Shown: positions 29,738 to 40,754, counted from the first letter of the stretch. The stretch: 64,000 bases of DNA from Bacteroidota bacterium (GCA_037138335.1 JBAXIO010000009.1:110262-174261); one strand, 5' to 3'. Notes: a model not told the origin generated them from the sequence alone. Numbers and translations are program-made.

Positions 29738-30058
29738 ACATCCCGGAATTACTTATTGAGAACAGGAAGAATGACACTTTAATTTCAAAGGTAATATTAC
29801 TGTTTTTTCCCGAATTCAGTTAACAAGTTTAACAAAATACGTCTGGCGAATTACAGATTAATTTATAATATCTAAAATCTTTATATCATAAGGACTGCCT
29901 AATGAGCATTATAATAATAAGATGTAAGGGAAACAATTACAACATCAGGATCATTAATCACTACACTTTAATTATTCAGTATCATACAATGCCAAACACG
30001 GGCCCTGACTACATTTACATTATGATATTTTGCATCTTTTGTTAAATGCTTTTTGGCT

Positions 30059-33000
30059 ATGAGACAAAGTAAAACAGCCTTGCTGGAGGAAATCGAAACT
30101 CTGAAGAAAGAAAACAAGGCCCTGCAGGGTCTTTTCAGCAATTTACAAAACCCTGAATTACAATGGTGGGCCAGGTATAATGCTGAATTTATTATAACCC
30201 TGAACAGGGATGAGCAGATGCTCTCGGTTTCACCAACGGTTATTTCATTGATGGGATACTCCCTGGATGAATTTACAGGAAAAGATTTTCATTTTTTCAT
30301 TCATCCCCTCGATTTACCCGTGATCAGGAGATCACTGGAGTGGGTCATGTCGGAACCTGATTCCCAGGAAGTATGCCATGTTCGCGGAAGGGATTCACTG
30401 CATAACTGGCTGTGGCTTGAAGCCAGCATCATCAACCAGATCAATGATCCCGAAATTGCTTCCCTGATGATAGTCTTCAAGGTACTGAAGCTCGCGAAAG
30501 ATTCTCATGGAGTTGGGTCATTACCAAAAGTGCAATACTCCGATCTCTTTAAAGCAATCAAAGACGCATTGTATGTAAATGTGCTTAAGGGGGACGGAAC
30601 ATTTGGCAATTTTATCGAGATTAATGAAGTTTCCTGCAAGATGCTTGGCTATACCAGGGAGGAATTCATGGAGATGTCGATTGAAGATATAGGGGGACGG
30701 ATTGAGGAAGAGGATATCAGGGGAGTTCATAAAAAACTGACTGAAGGGGAATCGGTTATTTTTGAAAGCCTGCAACGGGCCAAAAACGGGAAGCTGATTC
30801 CCGTTGAAATCCATGCCAGCCTGTTCCGATTCGAAAACCAGCGTGGAATGATAAGCCTTGTAAGGGATATTACGGAAAAGAAAAAGGCGGAAGAGGAGAG
30901 GCAGAAAGCTGAAAAACACCTGTCTATCATAGCAGAGAATACCCAGGATATAATCTGGCTTGCCGATGAGAATATGGTTTTTGAGTATGTCAGTTTTTCG
31001 GTTACAAGAGTTCTGGGTTATGAAGTACAGGAGATAACCGGAAAATCATTCAATTCAATCTTAACTCAAACATCCCGGGAAACTGCCGGCAAAGGGATGG
31101 AATCGATAATAAACCGTGTTCAATCAAACAGTTTTGCCGATCCAAGCAGGGCCAGGGTAATACAGCTTGAAACAATAAAAAAGGATGGCAGCCTGATATG
31201 GATCGAGAACTCTTTTTCACTGATCTTTAGTGACAGGAAAGAGCTGCTTGGGTTTGTGGGTGTGAGCCGTGACATCACCCAACGCAAGGAAGCAGAGAAC
31301 CTGCTTACCGAAAGCGAGGAAAAATTCAGGGCCATAACCAATACAGCGCAGGATGCAATCATCTCTATTGATGAATATGGAAAAGTAGTTTTCTGGAATC
31401 CATCAGCTGAACGGCTATTCGGTTTTCCCAGTGAAGAAGTTCTGGGAAAGAATGTTCATGAATTAATCGCACCGCCTGAATACCTGGAAGCAGCTACAAG
31501 GGGAGTAACCGGATTTATCAATTCGGGTTGCGGGAATGCGATCGGTAAAACAATCGAGCTTACTGCAAAAAGAAAAAGCGGGGAGAAGTTTCCGATCGAA
31601 CTTTCCCTTTCACTGATGAAATTCAGGGGAGCAAACCATGCAATAGGGATCATCCGTGATATTTCAGAAAGGAAGTTTGTTGAAGACGAACGGAAAAAAT
31701 CAGAAGAGTTACTGAAAAAAAGCGAAGAGCATTATAGGACCCTTTTCACAACTATGGCCCAGGGGGTAGTATACCAGGATGCCACAGGAAATATTTTCCT
31801 TGCTAACCCGGCTGCCGAACGTATGCTGGGGTTAAGTCATGACAAGATAAACGGTCGAACTTCGGCAGATCCGGTGTGGAATACAATTCATGAGGACGGG
31901 TCGGAGTTCCCTGGTGATACCCATCCTGCAATGCTTGCATTGAAAACAGGGAAAGAGAGTACCGCGGTCATGGGGGTCTTCAATCCCAGGTTTAACAAAT
32001 ACACATGGATCAATGTCAGCGCCAAAGCTATGTTCAGGCAGGGCGAGAAAACTCCATACCAGGTCTTTACAACTTTCGAGGATATCACGCCTATCAGGGA
32101 AAACCTTAATGAGATCAGGAAAGCAAACCAAAGGCTTGAAATACTCAGGAAAATCGACAAAGCTATAATACAGTCGAATTTAAAAGTGAGTGATGTTGAT
32201 GAGATTGCAATGTTGGGGATCACAGGTATGATACCCTGTGATGATATCTTATTAATGACATTTGATTATCCTAATAACGAAGCTGTTTTTGAATCCCGTT
32301 TACGGAATGGCAAGTTTTCTAAAATAGAGAATCGAAAGTTCCCGTTGAATTTGTTTGACATGGATACATTTATTCAGGGCGGGACGGATGTACGCATAAT
32401 CAGCGGGGAAAATGCAGATTCAGGAATTAACCGCTTGATCAGCGAGAGAGGATTTCACAGTTCAATAGCTGTGCCTATATTGCTTGACACTATTGTATCA
32501 GGGCTACTGATTATCCTGAAAAAGGAATCAACCGTATTTTCTCCTGTCCACATTCAAATCGTGGAGGATATTGCATCGCTTATATCACTAAACCTGAACA
32601 GGAGGGAGCTCAACCGCCGTTTGCAACAATATTCAACGGGCCTTGAGAAACTTGTCAGGGAAAGAACCAGTGAACTACAGGCAATTCTTAAGGCGGTGCC
32701 TGATCTTCTCTTCCGTCTGAACCGTGAAGGCATACTGCTGGGGTCACAGAGTGGGTCAAGAACCGATCTGCTAATGCCTGAGGAGCAGTTCCTTGGAAAA
32801 AACATTAAAGACGTATTGCCCCCGCATATCCTGGAATCAGTTGCAAAGGCCATTGAGGAAGCATTTACAAGCATGGATATCGCTTCTTTCGAATACGGGC
32901 TGGAGATTAATAATGAATCGAAATGGTATGAATGCCGTATCATTTCAACTTCTGAAAATGAAGCTCTTGCTATAATCAGGGACATTTCACAGCGTAAAAC

Positions 33001-35746
33001 TGCCGAGCGGGCCCTTGAATGGAACGAATCCCTGCTGCAGAAAATGACATCGACCTCCCCCCTGGCCTTCTTTGTTGTTGATAACCGCACGGATGCAATA
33101 CTATACTTTAATCATCAGTTTTGCGAGATCTGGGGTATTACCCATCTTGAAGAAAGGATGAAAAAGGGTGAACTCACAAATAACGGGATCATCCCCGATT
33201 GCCTACCGGTACTTAAAGACATACCTGCATTTGCGGCATCCTGCGAACCCCTGCAGGACGAGTTCAATGAAGTGGTGGTTGAGGATGAGATCCCTTTCAA
33301 AGACGGAAGGATAATACGCCGCTTTTCAACCCAGATCAGAGGAGAGAAAAACGAGTATTACGGAAGGCTGTACATATTTGAAGATATTACCCAGAGAAAA
33401 ACAGCTGAACAATTTATCAGCATACAACGTGACCTGGCTGCAAAGCACAGCACGATGATTGATATGGACGAGGCACTGTCGATTTCAATGGAGGCATTAA
33501 TGCAGATTGAAGGTGTGGATTGCGGCGGGATTTATTTTCTGGATCCTGTGACAGGGAGCCTTAACCTGGTTGCCCACCGGGGATTATCAGATGAATTCGT
33601 GTCACAAAGATCGCATTATGAAGCCGATAGTATTCAGGCTAAAATAGTAAAAGGCCGGGGAGCCCGGTATATTAATTATTCCGTGGAAAATCTTCCTGGC
33701 GATACATTGGATTCGAGGGAAGGCATCCTCTCACTTGCTATTTTGAGCATCGAGCATGAAGGTGAAATCCTGGGTTGTATCAATCTCGGATCAAGATCGG
33801 CCGATGACCTGTTCAAAAACGTTCGCTATTCAGTTGAAAGCCTTGGATTACAGATTGGCGGAACAATCTCCAGGATCCAGGCTGAAACCATGCTGTTGAG
33901 AAGCAAGCAAAACTTCCAGGCCTTGTTTGACACCCTGGATGATTTCATGTTCATCCTTGATGCAGGAGGGAATATAATCAGGACCAATCCTGTTGTGAAT
34001 AATCGCCTTGGATACAAGGCCGACGAACTTCTTGGAGTGAATGTACTCCAGGTCCACCCTCCTGAAAGAAGGGAAGAAGCCGGTTTTATTGTTGGCGAGA
34101 TGCTTGCCGGCCGGGCCTTATTTTGCCCTGTTCCTTTGATCACGAAAGACGGAACCCGCATTCCTGTTGAAACCAGGGTTGTTATGGGAAAATGGGACGA
34201 TGAGGATGTACTTTTCGGGATCTCACGTGATATAAGCGAACGTATGAAAGCCGAAGCCGCCCTGAAAATGCAAAGTGCGGCTTTTGAATCCTTCGCGATC
34301 CCTATCATTATAACCGACCCCGAAGGCCGGATCACCTGGTCGAATACCAGCTTTTTACGACAATCAGGATACTCATATGATGAAATTATCGGCCAGACCC
34401 CCGGGCAACTTGTGAAATCGGGAATCCAGACTGAAGATTTCTACAAGGAGCTCTGGGCAAAAATCAAAAGCGGGAAAGTTTGGAGCGGCGAGCTTATGAA
34501 CAAAAGAAAAGACGGATCGCTTTTCCCTGAAGAGCTTACCATTACACCGGTTATGGACTATGCAAATAATATATCTTCCTTTATTGCAATTAAAATCGAT
34601 ATTACCGAAAAGAAAAAACCGGAAAAGGACCTCAGGGAAAGTGAGGCACGCTGGAATTTTGCTTTGGAAGGCTCCGAAGAGGGTGTCTGGGATTGGGATA
34701 TCATAACAAATAATTTTATTGTTTCCAATCAATGGAAACGCATCCTTGGTTACCAGGCTAATGAAATGCGCGGGATAATTAAAATTGAAAATAATGAGCG
34801 GACCCATCCCGATGATCTTGAACAATTCAATTCCGATCTTCAGAAACATCTTAACGGGGAATCGGAGATCTACAGGAATGAACATCGTATTTTATGCAAG
34901 GACGGCATATATAAATGGATACTCGACAAGGGAAAGGTAGTAAACCGCGATTCCAATGGAAAGCCGCTTCGGATGATAGGAACCCATACCGACATATCCG
35001 ACAGGAAGAAATATGAAGTTATGCTCAGGCAGGGAATGGAAAAAGAAAAGGAAATGAACCAGCTGAAATCAAAATTTATCTCGGTAGCTTCCCATGAATT
35101 CCGTACACCCCTGGCTACTATTCTAGCTACCAGTGAATCGCTATTCAACTACCGTAAAAAAATGACGGAAACACAGGTTGACGAAAGGATCACGAAGATC
35201 AAAGACCAGGTAGGAAACCTGAACAGGATCATTGAGGAAGTTCTTAATCTTTCAAAACTCCAGATTAAAGAACGGGAACTTGAACCTGAACTGTTTGACC
35301 TCTCTGCCATGATACTTGAAACAATTGAAGAATTCAGGATCCATTCAGGCCGCGACAGCCATCTGGAATTCCATTCAGTTCCTGATAAAATTGAAGTTTA
35401 TCTTGATAAAAAGAATATTTACCTGGTTGTCAACAATCTGATATCCAATGCAATTAAATATTCCGAACCCGATAAAACCATCAACGTTGATTTGAAGCTC
35501 GAAAAGGATTTACTTATCCTTGAGGTAAAGGACCAGGGAATAGGTATACCCGAAAAAGACCTTAAACATCTTTTTACTCCATTCTTCAGGGCATCAAATT
35601 CAGGTACGGTAGCCGGCACCGGCCTGGGCCTGAATATAGTGCAGGAATCGGTTCATCGTCACGGAGGAACGATACAGGTTTCTAGCAATATCAACGAGGG
35701 CTCACTGTTTACAATAAAATTGCCATGTATACTTAAAATAAAGTAA
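30059..35746 (+). CDS. Giant cytoplasmic multi-PAS/GAF sensor histidine kinase
   Basis: No TM segment; many PAS/PAC units ending in RDIT/RDIS/EDIT, two GAF-like segments; H-box ASHEFRTPL, NNLISNAIKYS, DQGIGI, GTGLGL. Confidence 0.92.
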   Translation: MRQSKTALLEEIETLKKENKALQGLFSNLQNPELQWWARYNAEFIITLNRDEQMLSVSPTVISLMGYSLDEFTGKDFHFFIHPLDLPVIRRSLEWVMSEPDSQEVCHVRGRDSLHNWLWLEASIINQINDPEIASLMIVFKVLKLAKDSHGVGSLPKVQYSDLFKAIKDALYVNVLKGDGTFGNFIEINEVSCKMLGYTREEFMEMSIEDIGGRIEEEDIRGVHKKLTEGESVIFESLQRAKNGKLIPVEIHASLFRFENQRGMISLVRDITEKKKAEEERQKAEKHLSIIAENTQDIIWLADENMVFEYVSFSVTRVLGYEVQEITGKSFNSILTQTSRETAGKGMESIINRVQSNSFADPSRARVIQLETIKKDGSLIWIENSFSLIFSDRKELLGFVGVSRDITQRKEAENLLTESEEKFRAITNTAQDAIISIDEYGKVVFWNPSAERLFGFPSEEVLGKNVHELIAPPEYLEAATRGVTGFINSGCGNAIGKTIELTAKRKSGEKFPIELSLSLMKFRGANHAIGIIRDISERKFVEDERKKSEELLKKSEEHYRTLFTTMAQGVVYQDATGNIFLANPAAERMLGLSHDKINGRTSADPVWNTIHEDGSEFPGDTHPAMLALKTGKESTAVMGVFNPRFNKYTWINVSAKAMFRQGEKTPYQVFTTFEDITPIRENLNEIRKANQRLEILRKIDKAIIQSNLKVSDVDEIAMLGITGMIPCDDILLMTFDYPNNEAVFESRLRNGKFSKIENRKFPLNLFDMDTFIQGGTDVRIISGENADSGINRLISERGFHSSIAVPILLDTIVSGLLIILKKESTVFSPVHIQIVEDIASLISLNLNRRELNRRLQQYSTGLEKLVRERTSELQAILKAVPDLLFRLNREGILLGSQSGSRTDLLMPEEQFLGKNIKDVLPPHILESVAKAIEEAFTSMDIASFEYGLEINNESKWYECRIISTSENEALAIIRDISQRKTAERALEWNESLLQKMTSTSPLAFFVVDNRTDAILYFNHQFCEIWGITHLEERMKKGELTNNGIIPDCLPVLKDIPAFAASCEPLQDEFNEVVVEDEIPFKDGRIIRRFSTQIRGEKNEYYGRLYIFEDITQRKTAEQFISIQRDLAAKHSTMIDMDEALSISMEALMQIEGVDCGGIYFLDPVTGSLNLVAHRGLSDEFVSQRSHYEADSIQAKIVKGRGARYINYSVENLPGDTLDSREGILSLAILSIEHEGEILGCINLGSRSADDLFKNVRYSVESLGLQIGGTISRIQAETMLLRSKQNFQALFDTLDDFMFILDAGGNIIRTNPVVNNRLGYKADELLGVNVLQVHPPERREEAGFIVGEMLAGRALFCPVPLITKDGTRIPVETRVVMGKWDDEDVLFGISRDISERMKAEAALKMQSAAFESFAIPIIITDPEGRITWSNTSFLRQSGYSYDEIIGQTPGQLVKSGIQTEDFYKELWAKIKSGKVWSGELMNKRKDGSLFPEELTITPVMDYANNISSFIAIKIDITEKKKPEKDLRESEARWNFALEGSEEGVWDWDIITNNFIVSNQWKRILGYQANEMRGIIKIENNERTHPDDLEQFNSDLQKHLNGESEIYRNEHRILCKDGIYKWILDKGKVVNRDSNGKPLRMIGTHTDISDRKKYEVMLRQGMEKEKEMNQLKSKFISVASHEFRTPLATILATSESLFNYRKKMTETQVDERITKIKDQVGNLNRIIEEVLNLSKLQIKERELEPELFDLSAMILETIEEFRIHSGRDSHLEFHSVPDKIEVYLDKKNIYLVVNNLISNAIKYSEPDKTINVDLKLEKDLLILEVKDQGIGIPEKDLKHLFTPFFRASNSGTVAGTGLGLNIVQESVHRHGGTIQVSSNINEGSLFTIKLPCILKIK

Positions 35747-35751
35747 GGTCA

Positions 35752-36837
35752 ATGCGTATGAAAAAAATACTGATTATCGAAGACCAGGAGATGCTTCGCG
35801 AAGAAGTCAAAGACTGGTTCGAATTTGAAGGATATATAACCTACACAGCTTCCAACGGGAAAGAAGGAGTGGATCTGGCAGTCAAACATTTTCCCGACCT
35901 GATCCTTTGCGATATCATGATGCCTGAAATGGACGGAAATGCCGTTCTGGAGGCATTACGCCATGACATCAAGACTTCCATGATACCGTTTATTTTTATG
36001 ACTGCACTCTCCGAGCGGGTCCAGGTCAGGGCCGGCATGGACCAGGGGGCTGATGATTATATTACAAAGCCTTTTACGCATGACGAATTGATGAACGCAG
36101 TGCATGCCCGGCTTGAAAAAATCGATTTGCTTACCGAGAGGTCCCAGTCTGCACTCCAGGAGCTCAGGATCAACCTCATAACAAGCCTCCCTCATGAACT
36201 CAACACACCTTTGAACGGCATGCTTGGATTCGGGCAGCTGCTGAAGAATTACCCCGACTCATTTACGCCGGAGGAACTGCCCGAAATCGGCAACCGCATT
36301 TATACCAGTGCATTGAGGCTGCACAGGCTGATTCAGAATTATCTCCTTTATGCACAGCTCGAGCTGAAAAAGACGGGACTTTCCCGCAGGTTTGAACTTC
36401 AGGAACCGATGGAGATCATAACCAGGGTAAGTACCAAGATGGCTGATGATTCTTTACGGTCAGGGGATCTTATACTTGATTGCCGGCAATGTTCTGTGTT
36501 TATTGCGGAGCTGGAATTCACAAAGGTGGTGGAAGAAATTGCCGGCAATGCATTTAAATTTTCGTCCCCCGGCACTCCTGTAAAAATAAGTTGTTATTGT
36601 TCCGAAGATATGTTCCACATGATATTTGAAGATAAGGGCTGCGGAATTAAAGAAGAGGATTTAAAGAAGATAGGAGCCTTCATGCAATTTGACAGGATGC
36701 TTATGGAACAGCAGGGGTTCGGGCTTGGTCTTATTATCTCAAAAAGAATTACTGAACTCTTCAATGGCAGTATGAAAATTGACAGCCAGGTTGGCAAGGG
36801 TACAACAATACAGATTTCCTGGCCAGGTCAAAACTGA
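35752..36837 (+). CDS. Response regulator-histidine kinase hybrid (REC-HisKA-HATPase)
   Basis: ILIIED, LCDIMMPEMDG, GADDYITKPF; PHELNTPLNG; GNAFKFS; GFGLGL. Confidence 0.9.
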   Translation: MRMKKILIIEDQEMLREEVKDWFEFEGYITYTASNGKEGVDLAVKHFPDLILCDIMMPEMDGNAVLEALRHDIKTSMIPFIFMTALSERVQVRAGMDQGADDYITKPFTHDELMNAVHARLEKIDLLTERSQSALQELRINLITSLPHELNTPLNGMLGFGQLLKNYPDSFTPEELPEIGNRIYTSALRLHRLIQNYLLYAQLELKKTGLSRRFELQEPMEIITRVSTKMADDSLRSGDLILDCRQCSVFIAELEFTKVVEEIAGNAFKFSSPGTPVKISCYCSEDMFHMIFEDKGCGIKEEDLKKIGAFMQFDRMLMEQQGFGLGLIISKRITELFNGSMKIDSQVGKGTTIQISWPGQN

Positions 36838-37203
36838 TCAGGCAAGCAGCCTCTTTATCTCGCCAATGAGCTCGCTGATTTGGAAAGGTTTTGCAAGGCA
36901 GCTGTCGGAACCAATCAGCCTGGCGGCATCAAGGTGAAGCCGTGATGAAGCCCAGCCTCCTCCCGAAATCGTAATGATTTTCACCTTCGGATAAAATTCC
37001 CGCATGTGAAGGATAACTTCCATTCCATGGGTTTTAATAAGTAGGAGGTCAGTGATAACCAGGTCGAACTCCTGCTCTTTCAGGATATTTAAAGCCAGTT
37101 CGCCGTCATTAGCCGTAATCACTTCATAACCGTTTTCCTGCAGCAGGAATTTCATCTCCTCGGCAAATGAAGGGTCGTCGTCAATGAACAGAATGCGTGC
37201 CAT
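36838..37203 (-). CDS. Single-domain response regulator (CheY-like receiver)
   Basis: ILFIDDD, DLVITDLL, ITISGGG, LAKPF; 121 aa; directly downstream of metG. Confidence 0.88.
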   Translation of the reverse strand: MARILFIDDDPSFAEEMKFLLQENGYEVITANDGELALNILKEQEFDLVITDLLLIKTHGMEVILHMREFYPKVKIITISGGGWASSRLHLDAARLIGSDSCLAKPFQISELIGEIKRLLA

Positions 37204-37211
37204 GGCTTGTA

Positions 37212-39260
37212 TTATTTAATATCGCCTCCGTTTTGGGTTCCCACATCCGGAGTAACAAAAAATAAAGTACCATCAGGGTTTTCGGCCATCAGTATCATCC
37301 CCTGGGAATCAATACCTTTGAGTTTGCGGGGGGCAAGGTTAACAAGGATGCTGACCCTTCTGCCAATAATATCTTCAGGCTTGAAATATGCCGCAATACC
37401 CGATACCACGGTACGCTGGTCAATACCTGTATCAATTTTCAGCTTTAACAGCTTATCGGTTTTGGGAACTTTTTCAGCTTCGAGGATGGTTCCCACCCGT
37501 ATATCCATTTTAGTAAAATCATCATAAACGATTTCGGGCTTTGCAGGTTTAAGGCTGGTTACAGCCTGGGCTGCTTCATTGGCTGCTTTGGTGTCCATAA
37601 GTTTCTGAACCTGTTTCTGAATGATCTCGTCGTCAATTTTATCAAATAATAATGCGGGCGGATTTATTTTCTGCCCGGGCACCAGCCAGTTACAAAGCAA
37701 GGCATCCTTCCAGCTGTAGGATCCCAGGTTGAGTGTTTGCCTGATCTTTGCGGCCGAAAACGGCAGGAAGGGTTCGGCCACAATAGATAACTCTGCACAG
37801 ATCTGGAGAGAAACATTAAGAATTGTTGCAACCCTTTCCTTTTCTGCCGGATACAGTTTCCAGGGCTCGTTATCGGTAAGGTACTTATTCCCAAGCCTTG
37901 CCAGGTTCATCATTTCGGCCAGGGCTTCACGGAAGCGGTAAGAATACAGGCTGGCCGCTATCCTGGAAGGAAAGAGCTTCATTTCAGCAAAAGCTGCCAG
38001 GTCAGCCAGGGTAAACTCCCCTGGCGAGGGAACCTTTCCGTCGAAATATTTATGAGTCAAAACGATGGTGCGGTTGACGAAATTCCCGAGAATGGCAACC
38101 AGTTCATTATTATTCTTCGCCTGGAAATCTTTCCAGGTAAAATCATTGTCCTTGGTCTCAGGTGCATTTGAAGTGAGCACATAACGCAGAACATCCTGTT
38201 TGCCGGGGAATTCTTCAAGGTATTCATGAAGCCATATCGCCCAGTTCCTTGATGTGGAAATCTTGTCGCCTTCAAGGTTCAGGAACTCGTTGGCCGGCAC
38301 ATTGTCGGGAAGGATATATGTTCCTTCGGCTTTAAGCATGGCCGGGAAAATGATGCAATGGAATACGATATTGTCTTTCCCGATAAAATGCACCAGCCTG
38401 GTCTCAGGGTCTTTCCAGTATTTTTCCCAGTCGGACCTCAGTTCGCGGGTTGCAGAAATGTATCCTATAGGGGCGTCAAACCAAACATATAAAACCTTGC
38501 CTTCCGCACCTTCCACCGGGACTTTCACCCCCCAGTCGAGGTCGCGGGTCACGGCACGGGGCTGTAGCCCCTGTTCTATCCATGATTTGCACTGCCCGTA
38601 AACATTCGTTCTCCAGTCATCCTTATGCCCTACAAGTATCCATTCCCTGAGCCAGGGTTCATACTGATCGAGGGGCAGGAACCAATGCCTGGTTTCGCGC
38701 ATCACCGGCTGGTTGCCGCTGAGCACCGATTTCGGGTTGATGAGGTCGGTGGCATTTAACGATGATCCGCATTTCTCGCACTGGTCCCCGTAAGCTTTTT
38801 CGAACCCGCAGTTAGGACAGGTGCCGGTGATATAACGGTCGGCAAGAAAATGACCGCTGGCTTCGTCGTAATATTGCTGCGAGACCTTTTCTATAAACTG
38901 CCCTGCATCGTACATCTTTCTGAAGAATGCCGATGCGGTCTCATGGTGCATGGGATTGGAAGTGCGGGAGTAGATATCGAAAGAAATTCCGAATTCCTCA
39001 AACGATTTTTTAATTATGCCGTGGTATTTATCCACGATCTGCTGGGGAGACACTCCCTGCTGCAATGCTTTGATCGTGATAGGCACCCCGTGTTCATCGG
39101 ACCCCCCGATAAAGATCACATCCTCACCGTTCATCCGCAGAAAACGAACAAAAATATCCGCAGGGACATAAACCCCGGCCAGGTGGCCAATGTGAATGGG
39201 CCCGTTGGCGTAAGGAAGCGCAGAAGTTACAGTATAGCGTTTATACTCCGGTCTTTCCAT
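37212..39260 (-). CDS. metG: Methionine-tRNA ligase with C-terminal tRNA-binding domain
   Basis: [15 protein letters not shown] (HIGH), Zn knuckle [23 protein letters not shown] (KMSKS equivalent), OB-fold tail. ATG 39260 preferred, after TATCTTTG at 39279-39286. Confidence 0.98.
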   Translation of the reverse strand: MERPEYKRYTVTSALPYANGPIHIGHLAGVYVPADIFVRFLRMNGEDVIFIGGSDEHGVPITIKALQQGVSPQQIVDKYHGIIKKSFEEFGISFDIYSRTSNPMHHETASAFFRKMYDAGQFIEKVSQQYYDEASGHFLADRYITGTCPNCGFEKAYGDQCEKCGSSLNATDLINPKSVLSGNQPVMRETRHWFLPLDQYEPWLREWILVGHKDDWRTNVYGQCKSWIEQGLQPRAVTRDLDWGVKVPVEGAEGKVLYVWFDAPIGYISATRELRSDWEKYWKDPETRLVHFIGKDNIVFHCIIFPAMLKAEGTYILPDNVPANEFLNLEGDKISTSRNWAIWLHEYLEEFPGKQDVLRYVLTSNAPETKDNDFTWKDFQAKNNNELVAILGNFVNRTIVLTHKYFDGKVPSPGEFTLADLAAFAEMKLFPSRIAASLYSYRFREALAEMMNLARLGNKYLTDNEPWKLYPAEKERVATILNVSLQICAELSIVAEPFLPFSAAKIRQTLNLGSYSWKDALLCNWLVPGQKINPPALLFDKIDDEIIQKQVQKLMDTKAANEAAQAVTSLKPAKPEIVYDDFTKMDIRVGTILEAEKVPKTDKLLKLKIDTGIDQRTVVSGIAAYFKPEDIIGRRVSILVNLAPRKLKGIDSQGMILMAENPDGTLFFVTPDVGTQNGGDIK

Positions 39261-39312
39261 AATCAGTAAAACAAGAAGCAAAGATACGAATCAATTTTTT
39301 ACATTTGTGCAT

Positions 39313-40212
39313 ATGATTCAGCCACCATACCTCAAGAGAGGCGACAGGATCGCAATTGTTGCACCGGGGAGGGCTATCTCTTTCGAAGAAGTCCATCCAT
39401 CAATGAAATTATTCCAGAAATGGGGGCTTGAAGTTATATTGGGATCCTATGTTTTCAATATTGAAAACCAGTTTGCGGGCAGCGATGCGCAGAGGCAGAA
39501 GGATTTGCAGACCATGCTCGATGATGTTTCGATCAGGGCTGTAATCTGCGCCAGGGGAGGGTACGGCACGGTGAGGATCATCGATAAACTTGATTTTACG
39601 AAATTCCTGAGGTACCCTAAATGGATTGTAGGATACAGTGATATGACGGTGCTGCATTCGCATATTCACCGTCATTTCGGAGTTGAAACCCTGCATGCGA
39701 CCATGCCTGTGAATATGCCTGAAAACAGGCTTGGGGCAACTTCAGTTGAAACACTGAGAAAGGCCTTGTTCGGCGAAGAGATCATCTATGCCAAAAGGCT
39801 TGGCCCCCATGACCGTACAGGCGCTTCCGAAGGGATCCTTGCAGGAGGGAACCTCTCGATATTATACAGCCTTATGGGATCTCATTCCCAGATCGACACA
39901 AAGGGGAAGATCCTGTTTATAGAAGACCTCGACGAATATCTCTATCATGTAGACCGTATGATGATGAGCCTGAAGCGTGCCGGAATGCTAAGGGATCTCA
40001 AAGGCGTTGTCGTCGGCAGCATGCAGGATATGAAAGACAATACCGTCCCCTATGGCAAAACCGCCAATCAGATCATTTACGAAGCCGTTAAGGAGTACAA
40101 ATACCCGGTTTGTTTTGATTTCCCGGCAGGCCACGGGCCTGAAAATGTAGCCATGATCCTCGGCCGGCGGGTGAAACTGATAGTGGATGAGGAGGTGGCG
40201 CTGGGGTTTTAG
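39313..40212 (+). CDS. LD-carboxypeptidase (peptidase S66)
   Basis: ARGGYG, GYSDMT (catalytic Ser), GGNLS, LFIEDLDE (Glu), FPAGHG (His); TACATTTG box at 39300-39307. Confidence 0.93.
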   Translation: MIQPPYLKRGDRIAIVAPGRAISFEEVHPSMKLFQKWGLEVILGSYVFNIENQFAGSDAQRQKDLQTMLDDVSIRAVICARGGYGTVRIIDKLDFTKFLRYPKWIVGYSDMTVLHSHIHRHFGVETLHATMPVNMPENRLGATSVETLRKALFGEEIIYAKRLGPHDRTGASEGILAGGNLSILYSLMGSHSQIDTKGKILFIEDLDEYLYHVDRMMMSLKRAGMLRDLKGVVVGSMQDMKDNTVPYGKTANQIIYEAVKEYKYPVCFDFPAGHGPENVAMILGRRVKLIVDEEVALGF

Positions 40213-40324
40213 CTGGATAGCTGGATTGCTGGATTACTGGATAGCTGGATTGCTGGATAACTGGATAGCTGGATTGCTGGATAACTGGATAGCTGGATTG
40301 CTGGATAACTGGATAGCTAGATAT
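40213..40324 (+). repeat. Octamer tandem array CTGGAT(AG/TG/AA) x14 with a 24-bp super-period
   Basis: ctggatag ctggattg ctggatta ctggatag ctggattg ctggataa ... ctggatag ctagatat, starting right after the S66 stop codon. Confidence 0.95.
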
Positions 40325-40353
40325 ATAGCATCCGGGCCAAATGAACAAAAACA

Positions 40354-40713
40354 ATGTCGAAGTCCTATGACCTCGGTAAAAAGGGTGAGGACCTTGCAGC
40401 AGAATACCTGCTTTCAAAAGGGTATAAAATCCTGGCAAGGAATTTCAGGGCAGGAAAAGCCGAGCTCGACATTGTTGCCTTTGACGGGAAAACACTCGTG
40501 ATCGTTGAAGTTAAAACCAGGAATACAAATTATTTCGGTGAACCTGAGCAATGGGTTACACCTTCAAAGCAAAAACTCCTGATCAGGGCTGCCAATGCCT
40601 ATGTGAAACTCAGGGCAATTAAAGGGGAGATAAGGTTTGATGTCATTTCTGTAATTGCGGATGAGCATGGTACCGAGATCCGCCACATCCCCGATGCCTT
40701 CTATCCCGTCTAA
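40354..40713 (+). CDS. yraN: YraN/UPF0102 family PD-(D/E)XK nuclease-like protein
   Basis: LGKKGEDLAAEYL, ELDIVA, VIVEVKTR, IRFDVISV, HIPDAF. Confidence 0.93.
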   Translation: MSKSYDLGKKGEDLAAEYLLSKGYKILARNFRAGKAELDIVAFDGKTLVIVEVKTRNTNYFGEPEQWVTPSKQKLLIRAANAYVKLRAIKGEIRFDVISVIADEHGTEIRHIPDAFYPV

Positions 40714-40714
40714 A

Positions 40715-40754
40715 ATATCCAGCTATCCAGCAATCCCGCTATCCCGTAATCACT
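40715..40754 (-). repeat. Inverted copy of the octamer array downstream of yraN
   Basis: atatccag ctatccag caatcccg ctatcccg taatcact is the reverse complement of CTGGATAT/CTGGATAG/CGGGATTG-type units. Confidence 0.8.

Noticed and set aside
29923-29941. TGTAA-N9-TTACA as a GacA/UvrY-type box for the nearby NarL-family regulator
   Set aside because: Spacing is one base off the 18-bp TGTAAG-N6-CTTACA pattern and the region is very AT-rich, so chance cannot be excluded.
40213-40324. Possible CRISPR array
   Set aside because: Contiguous 8-bp units with no unique spacers, and no cas genes in the window.
40088-40501. Repetitive ORFs 40088-40438 (-) and 40187-40501 (+)
   Set aside because: Translations of the octamer array overlapping real genes; artefacts of stop-free repeats.
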